Shown here: positions 1 to 8,900 of the stretch, in pieces
Layout: the number at the start of each line of letters is the position of its first letter
Numbering within the stretch: position 1 is the stretch's first letter
From: Spirochaetales bacterium
GTDB lineage: Bacteria > Spirochaetota > Spirochaetia > DSM-27196 > SKKC01
Assembly: GCA_007135605.1 (NCBI GenBank)
Contig: SLIN01000043.1
Location: 1 to 44,086, forward strand
DNA length: 44,086 nucleotides
Reading direction: 5' to 3'
The notes under the pieces: model-generated
What the model saw: the letters and a program-made list of their open reading frames with translations, nothing else
Databases searched by the model: none
What the model was told of the DNA's origin: nothing
Program-made: the position numbers and the translations under genes

Positions 1-116
1 GGAATCGCGACCTGCGCCGGCGCCGCCATTGTCTCGATTGGGCGATCGGTCGTGAGATCTTTCTCTTCCGGCAGGTGCAAGCCGCCAATCGGGAATTTCT
101 TCAGTGTTTCTGCCAT
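1..116 (-). CDS. rnfC: Rnf/Rsx electron transport complex subunit C, N-terminal fragment (runs off window start)
   Basis: Not in the ORF track. Manual translation from ATG at 116 gives MAETLKKFPIGGLHLPEEKDLTTDRPIETMAAPAQVAIP, which fits the RnfC N-terminal pattern F-x-GG-x-H-x-P-x-x-K...P-I...P-x-x-V-x-IP. SD AAGGAG at 131-126. Confidence 0.75.
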   Translation of the reverse strand, partial: MAETLKKFPIGGLHLPEEKDLTTDRPIETMAAPAQVAI

Positions 117-372
117 GCAAGGCTACTCCTTGGGGGCGAAGCTCGACTCATCGTCCGCGCCATAGTACCGACGTCGGCGGCGTGTGTATATCGCACTCGG
201 CTCGACAGCCCCGAATTCGTCATAGTTTCCGCTCGACGAAATATTCGCGGACATCAACAAAATCGATATTTTTCTATCTACTACCAGAAAGTACCGCGCC
301 GTGCAACCGCTGTAAAGGGTGTGCGGAGAAATAGTAGTACCGGCGCATGACTATAATATCAGACTCGGATGT

Positions 373-402
373 GGCGCCGTCCGCCCGGCGCCGTCCGCCC
401 GG
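373..402. repeat. 14-bp direct tandem repeat GGCGCCGTCCGCCC x2 (+GG) upstream of the rplU promoter
   Basis: Units at 373-386 and 387-400 read directly from the sequence. Confidence 0.85.
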
Positions 403-432
403 TTGACCCTCGTTCGCGTTGCATTGTATATA
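403..432 (+). promoter_or_regulatory. Candidate sigma70 promoter for the rplU operon
   Basis: TTGACC (403-408), 18 nt, TATATA (427-432). An alternative perfect TATAAT lies at 351-356. Confidence 0.4.
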
Positions 433-471
433 GACTGCTACGCCATTGAACCAATTATGTTGAGAGGAATT

Positions 472-786
472 ATGTACGCACTCGTAGAGATTGCCGGCAA
501 GCAGTATAAGGCCGAAGAAGGTGCGCTCCTTAAGGTTGACAAGCTGAACGCGAATGAGGGGGATACGCTCAAGCTCGATTCGGTGCTGCTTCTCAACCAG
601 AAGGGAAGCGTTGCCGTGGGTAACCCGTTCATCGACGGTGCGGTTGTCACCGCGACGGTGGAAGGCGGCGGGCGCGACGACAAGATTACCGTCTTCAAGT
701 ACAAGCGGCGAAAGCGATATAAGCGAAAGCACGGACACCGCCGGCACTATTCACTTCTACGAGTGCGAGATGTGAAAGGCGCGTAG
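472..786 (+). CDS. rplU: 50S ribosomal protein L21
   Basis: MYALVEIAGKQYKAEEG...KITVFKYKRRKRYKRKHGHR. Start moved to ATG 472 after SD GAGG. Confidence 0.97.
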   Translation: MYALVEIAGKQYKAEEGALLKVDKLNANEGDTLKLDSVLLLNQKGSVAVGNPFIDGAVVTATVEGGGRDDKITVFKYKRRKRYKRKHGHRRHYSLLRVRDVKGA

Positions 787-819
787 ACGCTGATTTGCGG
801 CGACGTGTTTACGATAGAC

Positions 820-1170
820 GTGATTACCGTAACGGTGGAGATCGCAAACGAAACGGTCCGACGGCTTGAGTCGCTCGGACACGCGGTAACGGGTGTTTCG
901 AGAACCGATGAGGCGGAGGGGAGTATACCGTGCGCGGCGGTATCGTCCTTGCTGCGCGCAGCCGCAGCGTCGTTGGCCGAGAGCCCGGCCGTGGATGCGG
1001 TGGGTTCCGCGTCGAGTCCCGGTTCACTTGCGATCAATGTTACAGCGGTCTACGATGAGCGGTGGCTCCGTGGCGTGAGTGATGTCATTCTTGCGGGATT
1101 GCGCGGAATTGAAAGCGACTTCCCGGAGGAGCTTGAAGTGAAGATTATGCATACAGACAGGAGAGTGTGA
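820..1170 (+). CDS. prp: Ribosomal-processing cysteine protease Prp (YsxB/DUF464 family)
   Basis: Lies between rplU and rpmA. GHA and CAAVS catalytic His/Cys motifs present. Start GTG 820 (MITVTVEI) or 805. Confidence 0.85.
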   Translation: MITVTVEIANETVRRLESLGHAVTGVSRTDEAEGSIPCAAVSSLLRAAAASLAESPAVDAVGSASSPGSLAINVTAVYDERWLRGVSDVILAGLRGIESDFPEELEVKIMHTDRRV

Positions 1171-1174
1171 GCGT

Positions 1175-1480
1175 ATGGCACACAAGAAAGGTGGAGGAAG
1201 CTCCAAGAACGGACGTGACAGCCATTCCAAGCGGCTTGGTGTGAAGCGATTCGGCGGTGAAACCGTGAAGGCCGGGTCGATACTGGTACGTCAGCGAGGA
1301 ACACAGTTTCATCCGGGTCAGAATGTGGGAATCGGCAAGGACGATACGCTCTTTGCTCGTCTAAGCGGTACCGTAGCATTCAGCCGTAAGAAAGGCCGGC
1401 GTTTTATCTCGATCGAGCCGGTTCAGGTCGCCGGTTCGCATGCTGAAGAACCGGCTCAGAGTGCGAACGCCGCTTCGTAG
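1175..1480 (+). CDS. rpmA: 50S ribosomal protein L27
   Basis: [24 protein letters not shown]...RQRGT...GKDDTLFA. Confidence 0.98.
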   Translation: MAHKKGGGSSKNGRDSHSKRLGVKRFGGETVKAGSILVRQRGTQFHPGQNVGIGKDDTLFARLSGTVAFSRKKGRRFISIEPVQVAGSHAEEPAQSANAAS

Positions 1481-1503
1481 GGGCTATTTCTCAACGGTAC
1501 ACT

Positions 1504-2502
1504 GTGGCTTCCTTCGTTGACGAGGTTACGCTGACACTCGAGTCGGGCCACGGCGGAGCGGGCGCGGTGAGTTTCCGCCGTGAGAAGTACGTTCCGAAAG
1601 GCGGGCCGGACGGAGGCGACGGCGGCGACGGAGGCAACGTAATCGTTCGAAGGCGCGAAAACGTTAAAACTCTTTCCCATCTGGCCGGAAAGAGCTCGCT
1701 CTCGGCGCAGCGCGGACGGAGCGGGTCGGGCCGAAATAGACACGGGGCCGACGGTCGCGATCTCGTGCTCGATCTTCCACCGGGAAGTGTCGTATACGAT
1801 GCGGACACCGCCGAAAGCCTCGCCGACCTCGCCGAACAATCGAGTTATGTGCTGCTCCACGGAGGGCGCGGCGGCAAAGGAAATACGCACTTTGCCACCA
1901 GCACTCATCAGACTCCTCGGTTTGCACAGGAGGGCCTACCGGGCAGGCGGCTGCGTGCCCGTATCGAGATCCGGCTCGTTGCCGATGTCGGGCTTGTCGG
2001 GCTTCCGAACGCGGGTAAGTCGAGTTTGCTCAGCGCCGTGAGCAATGCCCGGCCCCGAGTCGGCTCCTACCCGTTCACGACCACGGTGCCTAATCTCGGT
2101 GTGTATCGCAAAGATCGGCTCGACGTCGTTATCGCGGATATTCCGGGGATAATCGAGGGAGCCGCGGAGGGACACGGGCTGGGATTGCGTTTTCTGAAGC
2201 ATATCTCTCGCACCGCCGGATTGCTCTATCTCATCGACCTCTCCAATCCCGATCCGGTTTCCGATGTTCACACCCTCGAGCGGGAGATTTCCGCCTACGG
2301 GGGAGGGCTCGAGTCGAAACCGCGCCTGCTGGTAGGAAACAAGCTTGATATCGCCGATCCCGAACGTGTCGCCGCGTTTCGCGATGCATTTCCAACCGAT
2401 ACAGTTCTGACGATAAGCGTAGCTACACATCAAGGGTTGCGGAGTCTTGGCGATACGTTGCTCGAGGCGGTTCACGGTACCGGTAATGAACGAGACACGT
2501 AG
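1504..2502 (+). CDS. obgE: GTPase ObgE/CgtA
   Basis: Gly-rich Obg domain (FRREKYVPKGGPDGGDGG), G1 GLPNAGKSS, YPFTT, DIPG, NKLD. Follows rpmA. Confidence 0.97.
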   Translation: MASFVDEVTLTLESGHGGAGAVSFRREKYVPKGGPDGGDGGDGGNVIVRRRENVKTLSHLAGKSSLSAQRGRSGSGRNRHGADGRDLVLDLPPGSVVYDADTAESLADLAEQSSYVLLHGGRGGKGNTHFATSTHQTPRFAQEGLPGRRLRARIEIRLVADVGLVGLPNAGKSSLLSAVSNARPRVGSYPFTTTVPNLGVYRKDRLDVVIADIPGIIEGAAEGHGLGLRFLKHISRTAGLLYLIDLSNPDPVSDVHTLEREISAYGGGLESKPRLLVGNKLDIADPERVAAFRDAFPTDTVLTISVATHQGLRSLGDTLLEAVHGTGNERDT

Positions 2503-3094
2503 ACCCGCACTATTCGGAGGATCATTCGATCCGCTGCATATAGGGCACCTCCATATTGCCGATGCCGCCCTCGCCGGCGGGCGTTTTGATGCAGTTTTCT
2601 TTGTCCCCGCGTTTCGATCCCCACACAAGGCGGATGGTTACGGGGCCCCGGATGAGGCGCGTATCACAATGGTTCGTTCCACGATCGATCGTCGCGCGCG
2701 AATGCATCTGCTGCCGTGGGAGCTTGAGCGTCCAGGGCCGTCGTACACCATCGATACGCTCGAGCAGTTCATCAAAATATATGACGGCGATGAGGAGCCC
2801 GGGCTTATAGTCGGTGACGATTTGCTCGAGCATTTCGACACATGGGAGCGTTATGAGGAGATTCTCTCGAGGGCGACACTCGTTGTCGGGGCACGTCCGC
2901 CCGAGGAGCCCGCAAGTCGATCGCGATATCAGAGACTTAAAGAGCTCGGTGCCCGATTTGTAGAGCTGGACAATGCCGCAATTGCCGTTTCTGCAAGCGA
3001 TATTCGACGAAGAGTGGCTGGTGGATTGCCGTATCGCGATCTTGTTCCCGAGACGGTCTACAACATCATTGAAACGCATCATCTGTACAGGTAA
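2486..3094 (+). CDS. nadD: Nicotinate-nucleotide adenylyltransferase
   Basis: GGSFDPLHIGHL (HIGH), SPHK, SYTIDTL, SASDIR. Start ATG 2486 overlaps the obgE end. Confidence 0.93.
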   Translation: MNETRRPALFGGSFDPLHIGHLHIADAALAGGRFDAVFFVPAFRSPHKADGYGAPDEARITMVRSTIDRRARMHLLPWELERPGPSYTIDTLEQFIKIYDGDEEPGLIVGDDLLEHFDTWERYEEILSRATLVVGARPPEEPASRSRYQRLKELGARFVELDNAAIAVSASDIRRRVAGGLPYRDLVPETVYNIIETHHLYR

Positions 3095-3118
3095 GGTCGA
3101 CCAGGAGATGGAGCATCC

Positions 3119-4369
3119 ATGAGCGCGCGAGTCCGTATCGACAGTTCGTTGGTGTTTGTACTGCTGATCCTGCTTATTCTCGGCGGTACGGCTCTCTTCA
3201 TATATCTGCAGGTGCGCAGCGATGTGGTTTCCGAGTACGTCGATCGGGAAGAGCAGCTTGTTGTTCTGATGACACTGGCCGACGACAACGATCGACCGTT
3301 GACGACGCAAGTCTTCATCTACGAGCCTACGACCGCTCGAGCGGCGCTATTCGATATCCCCGGTGATACCGGTGCGATTCTGCGCTCGTTGGGACGAACC
3401 GATCGAATCGACGAGTTGCTCGTCAGTTCAGGGATCGAGCCGTATCGCGATCGAATCGGTGAGATGCTCTCGATATCGATACCGTTTTATGTTCACATCG
3501 GACGGTCGGAGAGCGAGGATCTCGTAGATCTGTTACAAGGGATGGATCTATTCCCTGCGGATTCCGTCCAGCCTATCGGTACCGACCTGAATCTTACCGC
3601 AACGGTCGTCGAGAGCAACGGTGGTCTGAATGGAGATCTCCCCATCGGCTTCCCGTCCGGACGTCTTCGGCTGGAGGGGCCACGTGCGCTTGCGTATCTC
3701 GAGTCCTCGGTTGCCGACGAACTGGATACCGATCGTCTCAACCGACGGCAGGGTTTCGTCGAGAGTCTACTCATTCGCCTGAGTGATGAAGCGGAAGTGC
3801 TGGTCGAACCGCGGGGGTTGCGGGTCGTGGAGTCGCTGATCGACACTAACATGGACTCGCGAGCACTGGAATCGTTTCTTCGTGAGCTCGGGCGAATGGA
3901 TACCGGACGTATAGCTCGGCAGAGGATCGCCGGCTCCTATCGGAGTGTCGAGGTCGACGGGGAGGAGCGCGAGCTCCTGTTTCCTCATTTCGAAGGACAA
4001 TGGATACGTGAGACCGTGTCGCAGGTTCGCGACAGCCTTCGTACAAGCAGGCCTACTGAGCCCGATACCGACACAATTGTGCTCGAAGTTCTGAATGGGA
4101 CGACCTCGGTAGGGCTTGCTCGTCGAACACACGATCTGTACCAACGGCTCGGGCTCTTCGAGGTCCACAGGTACGATAACGCCGATTCACACGACTACGA
4201 GCACACGAAAGTCATCGACCGGCGGGGCGACGGCTGGATGGCGAACCGGGTAGCCGAAGTTATACGTGCTCGGAACGTTGTGAACGAGCCGAGCGAGGAT
4301 CCGAACGACCCGGTCGATGTCACCTTGATACTTGGACAGGATTTTGATGGTAGATACGTTCGACAGTAG
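3119..4369 (+). CDS. LCP (LytR-CpsA-Psr) family membrane protein with C-terminal LytR_C domain
   Basis: N-terminal TM helix, LCP-like core (DIPGD, LVDLLQGMD, L-x-G-x-x-ALAY), and LytR_C signatures EVLNGT...GLA...DVTLILGQDF. Sits between nadD and rsfS. Confidence 0.8.
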   Translation: MSARVRIDSSLVFVLLILLILGGTALFIYLQVRSDVVSEYVDREEQLVVLMTLADDNDRPLTTQVFIYEPTTARAALFDIPGDTGAILRSLGRTDRIDELLVSSGIEPYRDRIGEMLSISIPFYVHIGRSESEDLVDLLQGMDLFPADSVQPIGTDLNLTATVVESNGGLNGDLPIGFPSGRLRLEGPRALAYLESSVADELDTDRLNRRQGFVESLLIRLSDEAEVLVEPRGLRVVESLIDTNMDSRALESFLRELGRMDTGRIARQRIAGSYRSVEVDGEERELLFPHFEGQWIRETVSQVRDSLRTSRPTEPDTDTIVLEVLNGTTSVGLARRTHDLYQRLGLFEVHRYDNADSHDYEHTKVIDRRGDGWMANRVAEVIRARNVVNEPSEDPNDPVDVTLILGQDFDGRYVRQ

Positions 4370-4724
4370 AGGATTCGTGCTCGAGGCCGCTGAGCTGCTT
4401 GATGACCACAAGGGGCGGGATACGGTCGCGATCGATGTCCACGGTATCTCCTCGATCACCGACTATCTGGTGATAACCACCGTAACCAGCAATATGCAGA
4501 TGCGTGGGCTGCTGGAGCGACTTGCCGAGCATTGTGACCACTATCAGGTCGCTCAGCTCAACTCGCATAAACGACCCGATGATACCGGTTGGGTGCTGCT
4601 TGACTGTGAGTTCGTCGTGTTCCACCTGATGACTCGAGAGATGCGCGAATTTTACGAGCTGGAGCGCCTCTGGTTCGCCGGAGAAAAGGTGTACGGTGGT
4701 GCCGTAGAAGGGCGGGCGGAATAG
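4347..4724 (+). CDS. rsfS: Ribosome silencing factor RsfS (Iojap)
   Basis: DHKGRDTVAIDV...ITDYLVI...GWVLLDC...HLM...REFYELERLW. Confidence 0.93.
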   Translation: MVDTFDSRGFVLEAAELLDDHKGRDTVAIDVHGISSITDYLVITTVTSNMQMRGLLERLAEHCDHYQVAQLNSHKRPDDTGWVLLDCEFVVFHLMTREMREFYELERLWFAGEKVYGGAVEGRAE

Positions 4725-4729
4725 TTCGG

Positions 4730-4747
4730 GAGTTTGTCCGACAAACT
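4730..4747. repeat. Palindrome GAGTTTGTC-C-GACAAACT between convergent genes, matching the ends of the MITE-like element at 22336-22464
   Basis: AGTTTGTC/GACAAACT are perfect arms. TGTCCGACAAACT is identical to 22451-22463, and GAGTTTGTC is identical to 22336-22344. Confidence 0.75.
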
Positions 4748-5042
4748 AGTCGTCCGACTCGTCTATGAGTGAGTCGTCGATTTCGTCATCAAATTCGTCA
4801 TCGTCGTCATCACCATCGTACAAGTCTTCGTCCGTGTCGAAATCGTACTCCTCGTCCACGTCCAGACCATCGTCATCGAACGCCTCGTCGTCCGGGTCGA
4901 TATCGTCCAGAGCATCACCGGCGATCTCGTCGTCCATATCCGTATCCACCTCTTCGAAATCATCCGAGTCAAAGTCATCGTCTTCCGGCGGACCCGGATC
5001 TCCGTTCGAATCTGAAGCGTACGGCCGTTCTCGTTGGTCCAT
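4746..5042 (-). CDS. Small, extremely acidic, probably disordered hypothetical protein (98 aa)
   Basis: SD AGGAGG before the ATG, own sigma70-like promoter, and 53 of 98 residues D/E. Confidence 0.75.
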   Translation of the reverse strand: MDQRERPYASDSNGDPGPPEDDDFDSDDFEEVDTDMDDEIAGDALDDIDPDDEAFDDDGLDVDEEYDFDTDEDLYDGDDDDDEFDDEIDDSLIDESDD

Positions 5043-5068
5043 GGGTGCCCCCTCCTGCGTACGACCAA

Positions 5069-5097
5069 ACTGTATGGAGCCGAAGGCCGCGAGTCAA
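5069..5097 (-). promoter_or_regulatory. Sigma70-type promoter of the acidic ORF
   Basis: Minus strand TTGACT (5097-5092), 17 nt, TACAGT (5074-5069). Confidence 0.65.
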
Positions 5098-5127
5098 TTG
5101 CGTAGAGCCCACCGGAACGGGTACGCT
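5098..5127 (+). promoter_or_regulatory. Candidate divergent promoter of the HAD gene
   Basis: TTGCGT (5098-5103), 18 nt, TACGCT (5122-5127), ending 8 nt before ATG 5136. Confidence 0.45.
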
Positions 5128-5135
5128 GCGTCCCT

Positions 5136-5834
5136 ATGCATCTTCGCGCTGTAGCGTTCGACATCGATGGAACTCTTTACCCCAATCGCGTCATGATGCG
5201 TCGTAGTGTCGGGTTCGGGATACGTCACGCGCGTCTGTTGTATCATTTCGCGAAAGTGCGCAAGGTAATCCGTTCGACTCGTCCGATCGAAGACTTCTAT
5301 CGACTTCAGGCACGGCTCATGGCGGATGCACTTGGACGCCCGGAGGAATCGGTACGTACAGAGATTCAACGGAACATATACGATCGATGGGAGCTCGTGT
5401 TGAAGCGTGTTCCGTTATATGACCAGGTTCCGGACTTGCTTGACGAGCTCGAACGATCCGGACTCCGACTCGGGGTGATGAGTGATTTTCCCGTCGCGCG
5501 CAAAATCGAGCTACTCGGTCTCGACGGGCGATGGGATTGTGCGATTTCCACCGAGCAAGTCGGCTATCTGAAGCCGAATCCGGAGCCGTTCGAAAGGCTG
5601 ATCGAGTGCCTTGACGTAGACCCTTCGGAGATACTTTACGTCGGTAACAGCTACGAGTATGACGTAGTCGGAGCAAGCCGCGCGGGTTTACGCACCGCTT
5701 GGCTCAACGATCGGGGCGGCACGAGTAACGCGACCGAAGCCTCAATCCAGCCCGATTTCACCTTCTCGCACTATCGCGAGCTCCGTACATGGCTGGGCCC
5801 GTATCTCACCTCAGGAACCCAAAGTATACAATAG
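5136..5834 (+). CDS. HAD-superfamily hydrolase (subfamily IA)
   Basis: FDIDGTL motif I, GVMSD motif II, KPNPEPF motif III, YVGNSYEYDVVGA motif IV. Confidence 0.9.
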   Translation: MHLRAVAFDIDGTLYPNRVMMRRSVGFGIRHARLLYHFAKVRKVIRSTRPIEDFYRLQARLMADALGRPEESVRTEIQRNIYDRWELVLKRVPLYDQVPDLLDELERSGLRLGVMSDFPVARKIELLGLDGRWDCAISTEQVGYLKPNPEPFERLIECLDVDPSEILYVGNSYEYDVVGASRAGLRTAWLNDRGGTSNATEASIQPDFTFSHYRELRTWLGPYLTSGTQSIQ

Positions 5835-5973
5835 TAGACACTACACACGGCTTTGCGCCCGGTTCCGCCGGCAGAGCGAATTGGCCTCTATTCTACGCGA
5901 TCTTTCCTTCTCTTACTGGCGATTATGTGCTATATACTATTACTGGGAACATGTTTACTGGGAGAGGGAACAT

Positions 5974-8900
5974 ATGCCGATTACCGCGGGCGACGTTATC
6001 GTCGTCGGGATCGTGCTTGTGGTGCTTGCTGTATACCGGCAGATGGACCGCAACAATCGATCCCTGGAGAAGGTGAAGCGCTTTGCCGACAAGGTGCAGA
6101 GCGATATCGATAATCTGGTGGCAGAGCGTGTTACCGCGCTTCGTGACGTAGCGATAGAAGTCGACGTCAATCAGAAGACTTCACGGGAAATACTCAAACG
6201 GCTCAATGAGGCGGAGCAACAGCTACTCGAGCGCGCCGAGCACGTCGAGTCTATCGGTGAGCGGATCGATGCGTATGATCGGTCATTGAGCGATCTCGAT
6301 GCTCGCACGGCGCAGGCGCAGGAAGGAATCCGCCGCATTCAGGAGGAATCCGACTATATCGACAGCGTCGGCAAGCGCGTAAAGGCGTCACAGGAACGTG
6401 TCACGGAGATCGAGACGCGTCTTTCCGAAACCGAAACGCGATTCGCGGAGCGGAATCGCAACGCCCTTGAGCGCACGCGGGATGAGTTGCTGGGCGATGT
6501 TCGCGAGACCGTTTCAGGCATCGAGCAACGAGTTTCCGAGACCGACGAGCGTGTGACGGCTACATTGGCGGAGCTTGACGATCGCAGCGATGCCGCGAAG
6601 CGGCATATTGATAGTGCGGCATCCGAACTCGAGCAGAGCGCTACAGACGTGATTACACGCGCTGCCGAGCGCCTCGAATCGCTTCGCAGCGACGCCGGCT
6701 CTGACATCGACGAACTGGAACGTTGGACGCGAGAACGCTTCGAAGCGCTTGCTGAACAGGGAGAGAAGCTCACGTCGGCGTCGCTTGAGAAGCTTCGCGC
6801 TCACATAGAACAACGGACCAAAGATAGCGCGGCCGCATTGCGCAGCGACGTAGCCGAGCGTGAGTCGCAACTGAGGTCCGAGCTCGAGACGGAGCTCTCC
6901 CGGGCACGCTCCGAGCTCTCCGATCGGATTAGCGCCGACCGCGAGCATCTGGCCTCGGATTTCGACGAGCGACTCGGCGAGCTTCAGGCGGAAACCGGAA
7001 ATCGGATTCAGAACATTTTCGAGCGGGTTACGGAGCTCGTACGCACTGTGGACGAGACCGAGTCGGAAACGGGTGATCGGCTGCAGGCGCTGTTTCGGCA
7101 GACAACCGAGACATACGATCAGTGGCGGGAAGACGTTACGTCTCGTCTCGACACCGCTCAGACCGAGATGAATGAGCATCTGGAAAAGGTCGAGCAGAGC
7201 AGAAGTAGAGTGCATGAAACGGCCTCGGAGGTTGAGCGCATCTCCGAGCAGATCGAGAGCCGTCTTGAGCGGCAGCGCAGCGAGCTCGATGCACAGGTTG
7301 ACGAGAGAATCGGGACGTGGCGAGTTGAGTTCGACGGTAAGATCAACGGTGCGGCGGATTCGTTGTACGCGGGCTTCGACGAACGGCTCACCCAATCCAA
7401 CGATGCACTCAACGGCCGAATGGAGCGACTCGAGGCGGCGGCGAACGAAATGGAGGAGCTCGAGTCGGCGATTCGGGACAGCATGCAACAGCTCGCCTCC
7501 CGTCTCGAGTCGGAACTCGAAGCAACGGGTGAGTCTCTGCGGTCAAAGCGTGAAGAGGACCTCGCGAGGGCTGAATCGGAGACGCAAAGAATTCAATCGA
7601 CCATGGAGGAGCTCGACGCCGAGCTGCAGCGCCTGAAGTCGAGCGCCTACGAGAATGTGAATGAGAAGCTGAAAGTGTTCGAGGACGAGTTCTTCACCGA
7701 TCTCAGGAATCGAAGTGTGTCGATGGATCGGAAACTCGATGAGTGGCAGAACTCGATGCAAGAGCAGCTGATCTCACTTGCCGAGGAGGCCAGACAGGAG
7801 CGGGCCGAACTCGAACGGCGTTACACAGACGATTTCGAGGAGCACCTGTCCGAACGCGAGCGTGCGCTTCGCAACCATATCGATACTCGTTTCCAGGCGC
7901 TTGAGCGCGATACCGCCGATCGGCAGGAGCAGATCGCGGAGACTGTTCGTAATGTGGACCAGACTCTCGGCGATCTGACGAATCGTGTCGAGCAGCGGAT
8001 CACGGAAGTCGACGGGGCTACCGAGAAGCGCCTGCAAACGGTGGAGTCGCGTGTCGGCGAAATTGGCGAGCGCGCGGAGACAGTTGCGCGTCGTGTAGAC
8101 GAGCGCGCCGAGGACGCTGTCGAGCAATTCCGTGCGGATACCGCATCGTTCCGCGAGGAGATCGAACAGCGCAGGAAACAGGTGGAACTGGAAAGCGAAC
8201 GGAAGCTTCAAGAGCTTCGGCTCTCGATACAGGAAGCGGGGGATACCGCCCGCGATCAGCGGTCCGAGTTGCTCGGTACTATTCAACGGGATGCGGAGCA
8301 TCTGCGGAAGGAAATCGATGATCTCAAGCAGGCGAAGGAAGAGTTCGTCGAGCAGACTCACGCGTTCGACCGGGCCGACGAGCTTAAGGAAAGCCTGGAC
8401 GCAGAGATCGAGCGTCTTTCGAGTGACCTCGATCGTGTTTATGAGAGAAGGGAGGCGATCGAGCGCCTCGATAGTGAGGTATCGGCGATTCGGAGCATGG
8501 TTGACGACACACAGAACCGGCTCAACGGGTTCATGCAGGAGAAACGCCGGATCGATGCGATCGAAGAGGATTACTCCAAGCTACTGAATCTGTCGGAGGC
8601 GGTGGAGTCAAAGCTGGCGCAAGTCACTGGATCTAACGACACGCTTCAGGACTTGCAGGTGAGACTTCGAAAGGTCGAAGAGCTTCGGGAGCAGGTCGAT
8701 CACGGCTTCGCCCGGCTCGAGAAGAAACAGAATGTGCTTAACGCGACCGCCGAGGGGATCGACAAGAGTTTCAACGATCTCGAACAGCTGGAGAATCGCG
8801 TACACACGCTCCACTCGGAGATCGAATCGTTGCCCAAAGAGCTATCGGACGTGCGCAGTCACATCCAGGAGCTCGCCCGCGGCAAAGAGGACGCCGACCA

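Noticed and set aside
4765-5154. Poly-Ser plus-strand ORF
   Set aside because: It is the antisense reading of the GAC/GAT/GAA codons of the acidic protein, which has the SD and promoter.
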